From: Diadema antillarum
Lineage: Eukaryota
Assembly: GCF_040938485.1 (NCBI RefSeq)
Contig: NW_027271016.1
Coordinates: 1,674,001 to 1,738,000, forward strand
Reading direction: 5' to 3'
Length of the DNA: 64,000 bases
The notes beneath the pieces are model-generated. The model was not told the DNA's origin. It saw nothing but the letters and a program-made list of their open reading frames with translations, and did not search any database. Made by a program: the position numbers and the translations under genes. How positions within the stretch are numbered: the stretch's first letter is position 1; each line of letters starts with the position of its first letter. This document shows positions 50,151 to 63,187 of the stretch, one piece after another.

Positions 50151-53100
50151 TGTGATTTAGTCAAAATGTCTTACTGTTAGTTAAGCCATGTCATTATGCG
50201 CTGTCGTTTTGTTTTCTGGAAAAAAAAATGACACCAGTTACAGAGTGAATAATGGTCATGTCGGATTTTAAGTTCGGAAACGAAACGCAAAGGAGGCCAA
50301 ACCATCCGCTCTGTTTGTTGGTTTGTTTGTTTGTTTGTTTGTTTGTTTGTTTGTTCATTTGTTTGTTTGCTTTTGCGGCACAACCCGCAATCTTCTCTTT
50401 CGTTCTCTTCTTTCCAGCGATGTTAGCTCTCACCAACACCACGAAATATAATACATCACTCTCAAGTCAAAAAAATGTAGGAGAGTTTGACACGGTTTTG
50501 GCGTGCTCTTTTTGAGTGACGTGGCGCTGGAGAAAAGTGAGCTGAACTTCAATAAAGATGTGTGCACACAAAGTAAGCTCCTCGGATGGAGTGGGAAAAT
50601 CCAGGAGACTACCTCAATACGAGTATACGAGGAGTGATTTATCGCGTCTTAAGATGAGAGTAAGATGATACGTGCCTATTAGGCTGCGAAGTGACAAACT
50701 TTGAGTGTTCACACGGGCTTACTGTGCGGTCGAGTGCTGGAAAGAATGGGGAAAAAAGATAAAAGGGAAGAGAAACTTGTAAAAGGCAGATCTGCGAGGA
50801 TACAAGGAGACGAATGATACGCACCAAAGCGTACCAACTAGAGAAGACAACTAGACGAGTAAGAGATGTGATGGTGGTATGCGAGATAGATAGGTAGATA
50901 GATGGAGGATAGATAGGTAGATAGATAGAGAGAGACACACACACGCACACGCACTGGGGGAGGAGGGAGGGAGAGGGAGAGAAGAGGGAGAGGGGGAAGG
51001 AGAAAGAAAATTGGAGAGAGAGGGGTGAACAATATGAAGCAATGAGCCACAAATTTACCAAAGACAACACGAGCTTTTCTTTTCAGCGAAGCAGCATTGT
51101 GTTTACTTGCATACTTGAGCTGAAATCGCAGCGCAATATACAATTAGTATTCTCAGTGCTTCGTATGCTTTAAAGGAACTGAAAACAGCACAAGAACAGA
51201 ACAAAAAAAAAAGAGGTACCGACGCTCTCTTTGTCCAGAGGAATTTGATTATCAAACTCTAAAAACCGCCATCTCAGAAGATCATGACTCAGATTAAACA
51301 AAGCCAGATGTATTTGAAAGGCGGGAAATCGATATCATTCGCTCAAAGTGATATCGATTCCAGTGTACTGAAGAAAGGACGCTGTGAATTCGTGACCGTC
51401 GTTCCTATGAATATCTTAAACAACTTCAACTGCACAATTTCTCCGCTAATACACGAGGTATAGGATAATATCTGCGTCTACTCACGTCAGATACAATTAC
51501 AAAATCATTTCAACAATATGTTGAAAAGCACTTGCAGCAGCACGTAGTTGGAAGCGCAGTCAGAATAAAAGTCATTTAATTATCACAGCCATCAATGTAA
51601 TTATCAGTTGTTTCATTGTCACCATCATTAGGACCTATACTATCATTGTTAGCAACTTCACTATGCACTTCAAAAGGGCTTAACACAATAGGAAAAAATG
51701 AATTGGCAGGAGAACACAGAATTATATTTTTTCTGTCCAAACCAGCAGACATTTATGACCTTTTGCATTGCAGATTTGTATTGTTTTTGTTTACAATAAC
51801 AATATACCTACACATAATACTTTGAAGGAAATCACATGGTTTTTAAAAGTGGGCTTATATCTCTGGTCGCCAGACAGAATTAATGGTAATGAATTCAGCC
51901 TGTGAATATTGGGAGCGGTGTCATCTACACTTGGCAATTATTGCAGAAATTTTATCCTTACTGCATAGATTCTGTCCTTGCTCTGTCTTTGGTCTTTATA
52001 ACCACATCCAAACGTGTTTCCAAGACGGCGGATGAGTGTACCAAAAGCTCTCGTGGAACTGCCAGCACCCTCCCGCCTGCATTTGCCGATGCAAACAGAT
52101 GGAATGATGGCCATTATGGTTTGTTTTGAAATGCTGATCTTTACTTCAACAGGTGCGGAAGGGATTCTGATGAGTGATAGCTAATGGCTGCATTAAAACT
52201 CAAAAATTATCTTAGTGCGAAAATTACAATTTGTGTGATGCATAAACCAGGTGTATGTGTGTGTTGCTGTCTGTTGAGCAAGACGAGAATGCAATTTTTT
52301 TTTCAGAAGACATGAGATTTTCCAGTATCTTTCCTCACAGTCATGATTGATTCAATTGTAGCGCCAGATAGACATTACCTGATCTATCTGTCTCTACTTT
52401 TATCAGTCTGCCATGATGAACAGTACATCTATCACCCTGCCCTTTAAAAGTAAAAGAAAATGAGCATACATAAACTGTTCACTTTGTTATCAAAAAGATA
52501 ATTAAGTTTTTTAATCGGAGTCAGCGAATTCAAGCTCTCTTTTTGTACCCATTCAGGATTAAACCTTGCTCCGCTAATTCGGCCAAAACACGTCTCTGTT
52601 TCCCATTATTGCTACATGCAGTCAGTTTTTGGAGAGATTCTGCCTGTAACTAGCCTAGATTTCCAAACATGAGACCAAGTGATTTGCAATTTATCCTCTT
52701 AAAAAAAAAAGAAAGATGATTTTGACAGGCCTGACCGCGGTGAGCAGATGGTTATTTGACCTTCGAAAATGGGATAGTCCATCTGTAGTTTCTGAGCAAA
52801 GACGTGAAATGGATCTTAACATCAGGTCAAGACATTACGGCGACTGTATTCTTCGAAATCACTGGAGGTTAGCTGGAAGTCATAATGTCAATACATCCCA
52901 TGGGTAGAACAATGTGGGACAAGTTCCGACAGAACTGCCATGTTTTCTCCTCATTGCGCATCGTGGATGATGTCAACCGGACCGTGCCCCCCCCCCCCCC
53001 CCCACACACACACCGGTCACAATGTGCTTGATGGAGCGAGATGTCAAAACGTCGGCCCTGTTTCATGGGGGGCAATGTCTCTTCGAAAGGCCTACAGATA

Positions 53101-53976
53101 TGAGGTCGATATCGCATTAATGTCAGACGTGTTCGATCGATCAGGCATCCTTGGTGAGTTTCCTCCCTCTCTTCTTCTTCTCCTCCCTATTCTTCTTTTT
53201 CTCTCTCCTTCACTCATCCCTTTTCTCTTCTGTTCGCCCTCTCTCAGTCTCTATCCCCACTCCTCCCTGCCTCTCTCCCTTCCTCTCTCTTTCATTTTCT
53301 CTGTCTCATTCCTTTACTTCGTTTGTCATTTGTACAAAAGTTTGATCTATGATTGTATCATTGTCCATCATACCTTATTCTATGTGCCACAATATGCACT
53401 CCGGAAATCCATGCAAAGAAAACAATCATAAAAACTCCCAGACAAAGACGCAAGATGTCCATGTTACCATTTCCAGAAAACACATGCCCCCACACGCGCT
53501 TCCATGAGCACCGATACATTATGGTATAATATCTGCTTTTTTTCTGTTCTTTAGTTTGTGTGTTTTCTTTTTCTATAGCATTGTCTTGTTTTATATCGAA
53601 AACATTCGCACACTGCCATTACACTTTAATTGGGTATCATTTTTTTTCTTTGGGGGGGGGGGGAGTGAAGCATGATGATAATGAGGAAAACGATGATATT
53701 ACCAAATGTGGAAACGACGATGACCGCAGCAAATATTACGATGTGGTTGTATTCTATTCACGCAGGGAATGCTTTTCACTGAATTAGCATCGATCTCCCA
53801 AGGTGTCCCGAGCCTGTCATCATTCCGCACTGTCTGGCTTCAGTGTTAACACCTTGGCCGAAAGGGACACTTTGTGAGAACAACATCTCGCCAAACAACA
53901 TTACGATGCTTAAAGAGTCTGGGGCATAATAATCGATAGTGGTGCAAAGCTCCAACAAAATGAAAAATGTACTCAC

Positions 53977-54055
53977 TGTGGATGAATTATGAAGTACGTC
54001 GAGCTTTCCCCGACATTGGGTTCTACCCAGTTACAAGGCGATCCTCCAGGTGGAG
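53977..54055 (-). other. Candidate 79-nt exon (PPGGSPCNWVEPNVGESSTYFIIHP)
   Basis: Acceptor CCCTTACATCTATAG and donor ACA/GTGAGT. Only one of the three frames is open. Confidence 0.3.
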
Positions 54056-55254
54056 CTATAGATGTAAGGGTTTTTGAAAATTTATATCCTGCCTCATGCT
54101 GCTCGAGCAAATGAGGCACTTACGAGGTAAGAAATAGAGCCGTTCCGTCGTCTATTACTTTTTTGACCTTTCCATCACAATCGTATATCGCCGAAGCGTC
54201 CTTTAAACAGCTTCCAATTATCATCTTAACGTGGCAATTTCAGCGTGAATACATGTCGTGAATTCTTAATCCAACTCCTGAAAATGCCACCTTAATTGTT
54301 CACGTTCTATTTCTTTTTTTTTTTGTCTTTATTCTTATTAGGTAGTGATGGGACATTTAAAAGAGACTAAAAATAATGATAGGAAAGACAAAAAGACTTT
54401 CGACGATAGGAGTCTCTCTAGGCAGCAACACACAAAAACAACTTTCAAAGATTCTGCCTGTTGCTGTGGTAGTGTAGCTCGTGTTACAAAGGGTTAATGT
54501 TCCTTGTGATGTTGCGGTTTGATTTTCGTTCCGTTTAAGGAGCTGTAAAAGGAAAGAAAGAATGATTATTTCATCCATCTGGTTACTGAGCAGTTATACT
54601 ACCAATTCCTAATTCTTTGTTAAAATCACGCAATGGATTGCTGCTTGATTTTTTTTTAACTTTTTCATGGGGTCCGATTCTTATTGACAATAATGAAATT
54701 CTTCTACTTTTCATGTTCGAAATATGGTTGTTCAGTGCTGTTACGCCCACTTCTGGTTGATGATATAATTTCGCAAATACACCATGTAATTTGAATCCTC
54801 CACTAAAAAGAACAAAATTTCCTATCCAAAATTCCGGATAAGGCTCCATTTGTACAGTATAGAGTCGATTTCCCCCTTTAAATTCGAAATCGGGATCGGT
54901 TGTGGTTGCTCAATCAGCTGCCTTTTAAGTATCTGATTCGTCTTAAAATACAATGCAAAGTATGAATTACGCGTGCATTATACGGCCTAGCACGTGCGAA
55001 TGGTAAAGACACCAATGAAATGCAACCTAAACCTGTGTTGTCTGCTCCTTTCATCTCACAGTCACAATAAATCAATGTCGTTTGTACATATTCATATATA
55101 CTTTGAGGGTAGCATCAATTTAAAAACAAACTAACGTCGGTATGGACTGTAAGTGGAGTTGAATAAGAGACTGTTTTTGGCGTCGGAACGAGGGAAATTA
55201 TTGAATGCTTGCAAGCAACCACAAAACCGGAGTCCAGAAGGAATGGGCAATACG

Positions 55255-55478
55255 TGGTTCCATGGCATTAAACTTTGCTCCTTCGACAATTGCTCCTGTA
55301 AAATATCTGCACGCTTATCCAAACATAAAACCTACTCACAAACATAACCCTAACCCTAATCCTAATCCTCGCATCAAACTAACTCTAAAACCCTATCACA
55401 ACTCTTACTTTAATCCTAAGTCCTTGGAGAAAATCAGACCGGCGCAATTTGTCGTAGGAGCAAATGTTGTCTCACCGC
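55255..55478. mobile_element. Inverted-repeat element with a degenerate (CCCTAA)n core
   Basis: TTTGCTCCTTCGACAATTGCTCC is inverted against GGCGCAATTTGTCGTAGGAGCAAA, around AACCCTAACCCTAATCCTAATCC. Confidence 0.65.
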
Positions 55479-57028
55479 GATACGTCACATGCGCAGGACC
55501 AGGCCCTGAGGACAAAGTACCTTACCTGAAAGTATTACCTCTACTACTATAAAGGACCCTAAGGAAGTACCTCGAAATTGATAGTCTGCGGCTACATCCA
55601 CTCAGCTTTTTTTGAAAAACTGAGTACACTTCCTGATGTTGATTTTTTTTTCTGAAATCCGTTAGGTCGATCTGTCTGGTCTATGAATATACTGGTATAC
55701 AATCTAACGTATCTGTTGAATCAACTAGTTTCATACTTTTTTTTGTTTTTTTCTTTATAGCTCTTCGGGACTTGTCTTGTAGACTAAACCTGCATTGTCT
55801 CACAATGGAACAACGTACAAGACTATGAGCATGATAGCAGCACAGTGTAACCAGAATACTTTCTTTTCGTCTTCTAAATGTCATTAAAAAAGAGCCTTTC
55901 AATTAAAATGTGCATTTACCATGTAACTGATATGTTTCTTTCTACATTATGCATCCCTCTCTCTGTTTAAGAGTCTTAATTGTTTTAATTTTACATTTTC
56001 TGTAAACTGTCATTTCACTCGAAGATTTCTTCCTGTTGACAGTTGCTGCATGTGAAAAGTATAACGCTACCCCCCCCCCCCCCGTTTAATAACCACATGG
56101 GAGTTTCACCGAGGAGGGATGGCGTGTCGCTATCAACACAAGCTTCGTCTCGGTGGATATGTTTCGACGCTTGTGAAACTAGTGAAACGCAAGTAATGAT
56201 AATGATAATACTAACAATTATGATAGGTCCGAATGCAGAGGACATCATGCTAAGTGCTTGACAACTGCAGAAGAGAAATTCACCTTAAGGATCCGTTTAG
56301 AACACTGCTCTGAATCCCTATCGCTTTAGTTATGATAGACTATGGTTTAGAAGTAATAATAGAAAACAAAGGGAAATTCGGAAGTTCCCTACTCCGCGGT
56401 GAATGCACTCTAACGATGCGATTAAAACTTTCTGATTACTAGTAGTGTTTCTCAGTACTTTCGTCAGTTAAATATTTCACGCACGACGGTTGCTTTTACA
56501 ATAAGCAGTATAAAACAAATATTACAATATTGAAACTCTCAACAGTTGATTGCATATCAAACAGAGCGTAAAGTAATTTTTGTCGTTTATGTAGAAATTC
56601 ATACTTCAATTTTCTCCTTAATGATATTCAAGGCATTAAGGTCAGAAGATATAAATCAGCGTAGTAATTTTCTGACGCTGTTCCAAGTGTATCATACCTT
56701 TATCGAGGTTGATGAATTATGCAACTACAATAAATCAGTGACACTTGCTGGTCTATTAAGGGTTTGTGTATGATATCTAAAGAAGAAATAATGAGGTTTC
56801 CAGGCGTCATCGTTGTACTGAATATAAATATCATTACTGTAGAGGAAACCACCCAAGATACTGATTGTGACATGAGATAGTTATGAATGTAAAGTTATAT
56901 CATGCATACTTAATATAACTGGACATAGAGAGACGCGGATATAGTTTGCTGTAGGTGGGTGTTGAAGAAAGGACCAATCAAAACTCTTTGACGTAATCGC
57001 GGATTCTCGTTATCTACTTGTCACTTAG

Positions 57029-57413
57029 AGGGATCGTACAGTCTTGGTTGAGACCTAATTTCAGGCTGCTAACATTTTTTTTTTTGTGAGATAATGAGAA
57101 ACCTCTTATAAAATATGAAAGAGCATGTAATTCTATGAGGAATTCAACATTCATTTGATGAAAATTGGTTTTGAAATGGCTGAGATATCCAAAAAAAAAA
57201 AAGAAGAGCGATTCTAATAAAGTGTGGGACCCACACTTTGTTACGATCGCTTTGTTTTTGGATATTTCAGTCATTCCAAACCTGATTTTCATCAAATAAA
57301 CTTTGAATTCCTCTTAAAATGGTATGCTCTGTGCTATATCACAGGTGTTTTCTTGGTATCTCGCAAAAAGCTAAAAGCCCAATTCTCATCTCCACCAATA
57401 CTGTACCATCCCT
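57029..57413. mobile_element. TTAA-flanked MITE (Kolobok-like), copy 2 of the 45589 family
   Basis: TTAG-AGGGATCGTACAG ... CTGTACCATCCCT-TTAA, collinear with 45589-45965 along its whole length. Confidence 0.88.
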
Positions 57414-57954
57414 TTAAAGTGTCCGGTTTAGAAATGGCCTGCAATATGACTACAGCAACTGCTGAACTTTGACAATTAAGCGGCCTCGTAGTAACCCTAT
57501 TGTAAGTTCTGCTTTTATGGGGTACTTCCTATTGATTCGGGTGGGGCAGAACAAGTGAAAGCTATACGAGACATACCTTTTTCATTTTTGCTATTATTTG
57601 CCATGTTTCTTCGATAGTTATTTAGTCAATATCGGTTATAGCGACATCACCCACGTCTCTTTCTGGTCCTCTATGACATTGTGCAAAGACGAGGTGAGTA
57701 AATAGCGGATCAACGAAGAGTATAATCGTATTGAAGAGACGTAAATTCAGATTAGTGTGACATGGCAAATTGCTTCGTAATTAGATGATTTAATTCAAGT
57801 CACCCATAAAATATGCAACAGTAATCTACAGTTCAATACAAGATATTATTGATCTTGTTCGTGTGTGATTTTTTTAAGGCAGAATTAAGAGGGGAGTCAT
57901 CCTCAATTAAAGTAATTAGTGCCGTAGTCGGAGTCAAATGCATTTACACATCCA

Positions 57955-58620
57955 TTAATGTGTTCACATCTAACAACGATAGCATACCACTAACTTCCCC
58001 GCTTTCATTAGGAAGGTATGCATGTCTCCTACGCTGTGATTTTTTCATGGCACTATTGCAAGTCTGTGCTCGAGGTGCGAAGAAAATGCAATGTGTTCGT
58101 CGCATCACCACCCCTCCCCCGTTTGCTTACATCTTACAATGTTGACATTACCCTAGCTTCTTCCTTTTGGTATGAATGTTTCCTACTCTACGATTTTCAT
58201 TGACACTTTCTATGATAAACCTATATGCTCGAGGTGCCAAGAAAGTGCAATGTTTTTGTCAATGTATAGTTTATCGAAGTGTTTGTTGCATCACCAGACC
58301 ACAGTATATTCACATCTAACATTGATAGCATTACGCTAGCATTCCCCCTTTCAATTAGATGACATGTATGTTTCTAGCACTAAGATGGCGCTTCCTACTG
58401 CAAACCTATGCTCCAAATGCAAATTTGTCTTGCCTATGCATTGCCAATGTATGGTTTATCGAAGTGTTGGTTGTATCACAAGACCCAGTGTGTTCACATC
58501 TAACAGCGATAGCATTACGATAGCTTCTCCCTTTCATTAAGACTGTATGTTTCCTATACACTGCGATTTTCCATGGCATTTGATAATGCAAACCTATGCT
58601 TGAGGTAGGAAGAAAGGGCA
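57955..58620 (+). repeat. Old tandem repeat, about four diverged 165-185-bp units
   Basis: TTCACATCTAAC-like anchors at 57963, ~58127, 58309 and 58493. ATGCTCGAGGTG and TTTATCGAAGTGTT recur. Confidence 0.75.
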
Positions 58621-58635
58621 ATATTTTGGTCATAC

Positions 58636-58722
58636 CTCTGCATTGCCCGCGTATCATTAATCGAAGGACCAGTCTTCCAGGCTCCACTCCGCTACATTCA
58701 GAAAAGCTCAAGTCCTCTCCTG
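58636..58722 (-). other. Candidate 87-nt exon (GEDLSFSECSGVEPGRLVLRLMIRGQCR)
   Basis: Acceptor CCTCCTCTGTAG and donor GAG/GTATGA. Open symmetric phase 1-1 frame. Confidence 0.3.
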
Positions 58723-58812
58723 CTACAGAGGAGGTTATCAGCGAGGTGTTACAATGTTTGAATTCTTCAATAAAAGACTTTATTTTCACTTCCTACTCTT
58801 CAAAAGATGTGA

Positions 58813-58851
<39 letters not shown>

Positions 58852-58890
58852 AGGAGTTCGGTTGCATCCCTTGCGTTGTGTTTGAAGACA

Positions 58891-59028
58891 CAGGGGCATC
58901 ACGAGCTTTTTCCCAGGGTGGGATACATTTATATTTCCACACATGATAAGTAAAACTTTTGAATGGGTCTGAAGGGGGGGGGGGGTACGTTTGCACCAAC
59001 ACCCCCCCCCCCCCCCCCCGTGACGACC
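58891..59028. mobile_element. Short poly-G/poly-C MITE-like remnant
   Basis: CAGGGGCATCACG ... poly-G, poly-C ... CGTGACGACC, with a degenerate inverted end. Confidence 0.45.
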
Positions 59029-59839
59029 AGAAGACACCAAGATCACAAAACGCAGGTGAGGGGTTAAACCTAATCTATGTATCGCCCACCAATATCAGTG
59101 AGATGCAGACTAGACACAATGGTGACCAACGATGTCCGAAATTTGATCTATAGATTCAAGATATGACAATGCAATGTAGGACATTTCTCAGTGACACAGA
59201 GCTAGGCAACACACAAAACAGAAAGAGATTAAAAAGTGATAAATAAATAAATAAAAAAATCCAAGAATATTGATTATATTGATACAAACCCAATTATATT
59301 GATTTGAACCCAATGTAATAATGATGATTATTTTCGGGTGAATGTAATATTGATTGTTGTTATAATAATAGTGTAAATTGTAGTTTTGTTTTGATAACGT
59401 TTTCAATGTGTGGTTATGATAATGGTAATTTGGATATTGTTAGGGAATAAAATGAAGCTGAAGAAGGAGAAGTGGAAGAAGAAGAATGTAAAGAGTGTAA
59501 AGAATGTAAAGAATGTAAAGAGGAGGGGAAAGAAGATAAAATGAAGAAGAAGAAGAAGAGGAGGAGGAAGAAGATGTGAAAGAAGTTGAATCTTTTAAAG
59601 TAATTTTGATTATTTATGATGATGAGAACAGTGGTGTTAGAAACTGTAAATGCATAATTGTATTTGTTTTGCTGTAAATGTTAATACTGTGCAATAGTTA
59701 AGATGAATATGTTTGTTTTTTTTTTTCATTCTATGTGTTTTACTATCCTGTACATATTCTATAGTAATCGTGTTCATTTCTGTGAAATGTCCGCAATGCA
59801 GCCTGCGGGCTGCAATGGATACTCATCAATAACATACCC

Positions 59840-59932
59840 TTTTCAATTCCATTCATTTCCATTCAATTCGATTCAATTCAATTCAATTCAATTCAATTCA
59901 ATTCAATTCAATTTTCAATTCAATACAATTCA
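59840..59932. repeat. (ATTCA)n microsatellite
   Basis: Read directly from the sequence. Confidence 0.95.
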
Positions 59933-62794
59933 AGTAGATCAGAAAACAAGGGAAATTCGGTACACGAAAACGTCAAATATTTGTCAAAATTTCACGCTAT
60001 AACTGTAGAGAACTAAACCAAAGGACATCCTGGCCTTTAAGCATACAAAAAATAGAGAATAATAGTTACATGGAGTTCGGAAAGACGATCAGCCTACACC
60101 CTGTGAATGACAGCTAAAAAAAAGGAGGGAATAATCTCTTCGTGTCGTCCAGAGAAACGGTAGCATACACCAAGTGAATGAAAGCTGAAAAAAGGAGAGA
60201 TAGATTGCTAGATGCACTTCAGAAAAATTGTTAGGCCTACACCCTATAAGTGAAAGCTGTTCAGAATGGATGGCACCACCACATCGACTATGATACATGG
60301 CTGACTTGAGTTCAGACGACTTGGATTTTGCCAGGAAGTAGGTTACGTGATCATTGATACCGCTCGTGAATTGGGGTCCCACGTCGCGCTTTCTCTACGC
60401 CTCTTTGACCTTGGCACTTACTTAAATGGCATACCCATTTTGGGTCTGGCACCTCCGTACCCCGCTTCTCACCATAAAGCAGGCAGGCGGGCAGGCGGGC
60501 AGGCATATTTTGAGTACGTCATTGTCAATTTCATCGACAATTTGTTCATCTCGTGCGTCCTTCTCTACGAGGGTCTTTTTTCCCCTTTTTTCAGAGGGGT
60601 CGTCAGAAAACAGTGGAAAGTGGTAATAGTGGCAGTGGCACTTCGCCGGCAGTATAAAATAATAAGACTTCATGCCAGGCAGTCGTCATAATGTTAAAGG
60701 TAATTTTAACCTTTGGGAGCAGTGATTTTAAAGATGTTCGAGTTATCACGATTGATGCACATGTGTAGGCCAGTTGTATCACAAAACAGCCTACCATGTA
60801 AAAATTTTGCAATAAAACATAGAATATAAGGAGATACTACTGTTTTTCTCAATAAACAATAACTGTAGACGGTTTATTCTAGAAACAATCGTATCATAAC
60901 TATTGTTCACATTTTGTATATCTAACAATACATAACATTGATTATACGGATTTACATTTTAGAACTATTTTGAAGCACTAAAGCTGGGTTTTTGTGTCAT
61001 CTGCAAATGGTAAATACTGCCTTTAATTCTGCTCTCGTATAGCATTTGTATTGGTGGGCGACAGCAGCGGTGGTGTTGCAAGGAAGTATGTGCTGTGAAT
61101 GAGGAGTCTCTTTTCCCCTATTTTGTTCTCTAAAACGGGGAAAAAAAATCTCGCACTTCCTTGTGAAATATGCTCGCAAGCGTCGCTAAGTGCTTCTTAG
61201 GGGGATACAATGTGTTTACTATACGATACAATCAAGCAGTATTAATAATTCCATACGTGTTTTCTCTTTGAGTTGGTGTATACATCTGCAATAATGCATC
61301 TGATGTTCAAATTAAGTGACCAGTCCTTACGCCATCCTGATAAATCCAGACTCCTAAACCCGAGAAAAGGATCAAATATCGTGATCTTGCTAAAGAAGTA
61401 TGAACATTGAGGTAATATTCAAACTTTTGTAATTCTTGCCCCCTTTCTGAATTTTTGAAATAAAAAGAACGTTTAAAGAGCAAAACTTGTAGAGTTCTTG
61501 TCTTGTTTTGTATGAGCATGTTACTATAGTGTTAATTCACCGGATTGTGTTTGAATGCTTGTCTACACGTATTGATGCAAAAGTGTTTTCTTCAGCGATC
61601 GGTTTTCATGCTTTTTATATGTGGCAACTATACTTTATATTACGAGAAGTGAAAATGGAACGAATTATACCTCTTTGAAAATCTTAGCGTCTGAAAAAGT
61701 TAGATATCCCAAAATAAGCAAAAATCGATATTGGGCTACTTCATTCGGGTTTCGTCGAGAAGGGTAACATAACAGGAGTGGTAATAGTGTTGACTTGTTG
61801 GAGTGTCTAACGCAGGCGGTTCCGGCGGCGACCTCGCCCATCGTGCTTCCGCATGGGCGACCTTGGTTAAATCGGGCGGGAAATTTTTGCTGCACATGCG
61901 TTGCTCTCTAAATTTACCTGCTTTTCCTTCGAAGAGTCCAAGAACCCGACAAACAATCCATACCCTCTCAAAAGAGGGGCGGCATTAAGGACGAGAAATG
62001 GCCGGCATCCATCTAACTATTGATGACACACACTTCAAGTGCAGCAATGATCGATTTCTTTTTTCCCTGTCCCGTTCCAACAGCAGTGTTCGACGCCATT
62101 CCAGTTTGACACATTATGTGTTCAACGCTTTTCCTACACGAACCATACGAAACATGCGTTCTTGCATGAACCATTGCACGCATTCACAAATTCACGTGAA
62201 CAGAATATAAATACATCGTCCCGCTTTCCCACATTCGAAGAAAAAGAGATATGCGCAAACTAATATGTGTTACTGAATGAATTGTGCGTACTTATTCAAG
62301 TCAATGATTGTTGCGTCGAGTTGTTTTGAAGTATTTTTGAGTAATAGCCTACGATAAAAACTCATGTGCAATCACACTCGAGTATGTATGCCAATGAGAT
62401 TTTATCAAGGCTATCGATCAAAAATATCGAATAATCGGTGTGTACCGTAGATCGATGAAGGTCAATTTGAGTAATTACTAAAAATAAAAACTCATTTATC
62501 ATGGCTATTACTACTCAGTATATGACTGTGTGTGTGTGTGTGTGTATGTGTGTGTGTGTGTGTGATTATGTACAATGTTAACAGAAGTTGCATTTTTATT
62601 TTGCCCTTTCTCTCGAAAACTGTATCAGTCATTACTTAAACTTAAAATTGACACTGAGTCTTACACATGTACTTCGAGTATTGAAGAAGATGACAAGAAG
62701 CATTTTGACACCAATGTCACTGCCGAAGTGGGACTGATGGCGTGATATGGCCCTGAGGCTTCATCCATGCAGTACATGAGTATGATCAAATTAC

Positions 62795-63187
62795 CTCCGG
62801 TAATTTGGCTCAGTCGGTAGCGCGTCTACCTCCAGATCCAAACGACACGGGTTCGATTCCCGAGTCTAAACTGAGCAATGTTGTGTGTAATCATACCGTC
62901 CCCTCTAGTAGAGGCAAAACACTCTGTCCCACGGATAGGGCATAAAATGGAGGTGCCCTATGTGAGAGTCACAACTTGTGCACGTGAAAGATCCCGCTTC
63001 ATTCATTCATCGCAAAGAGCAGAGTGCATATCCCAGTGAAGTGGTCTCACCTCACATCAAACTGGACCCTATGGAAGACCAGCTTGTGCAGCTGAATATA
63101 GGCTTTCCAGCCGTCTTCTCAGATGGAAAAATGAAACTAACAAACAAACAAACAAACAAACAAACGAACAAACGAACAAACAAACAA
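62795..63187 (+). mobile_element. Full-length tRNA-derived SINE with a Deu-domain-like core and a (CAAA)n tail
   Basis: A box TGGCTCAGTCGG (62806-62817) and B box GGTTCGATTCC (62850-62860). Central TAAAATGGAGGT..CACGTGAAAGATCCC..CGCAAAGAGCAG..CCCAGTG resembles the DeuSINE core (from memory). Ends in a tandem CAAA tail. Confidence 0.85.

Noticed and set aside
50639-51143. Long Leu/Ser/Pro-rich ORFs, and similar ones at 23303-23783, 52940-53431 and 38098-38598
   Set aside because: Generated by CT/GA/CA microsatellites and G/C homopolymers that lack stop codons.
54583-54849. SGGFKLH motif suggesting BEL/Pao reverse transcriptase
   Set aside because: A single short motif with no flanking RT motifs or LTRs.
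55515-55540. Minus-strand TTTCAG/GTAAGG juxtaposition resembling a recursive splice site
   Set aside because: Weak polypyrimidine tract with upstream AGs. Such a motif is expected by chance in 64 kb and no host gene is established.
56395-56406. Partial miR-124-like sequence CGCGGTGAATGC
   Set aside because: Only 12 nt match, the seed end is absent, and no precursor hairpin is evident.
59480-59525. miR-1-like GAATGTAAAGA repeats
   Set aside because: Part of a purine-rich low-complexity tandem repeat.
62795-62870. Functional tRNA-Trp gene
   Set aside because: No convincing acceptor stem and a disrupted anticodon/variable region. It runs directly into a SINE body and a (CAAA)n tail.
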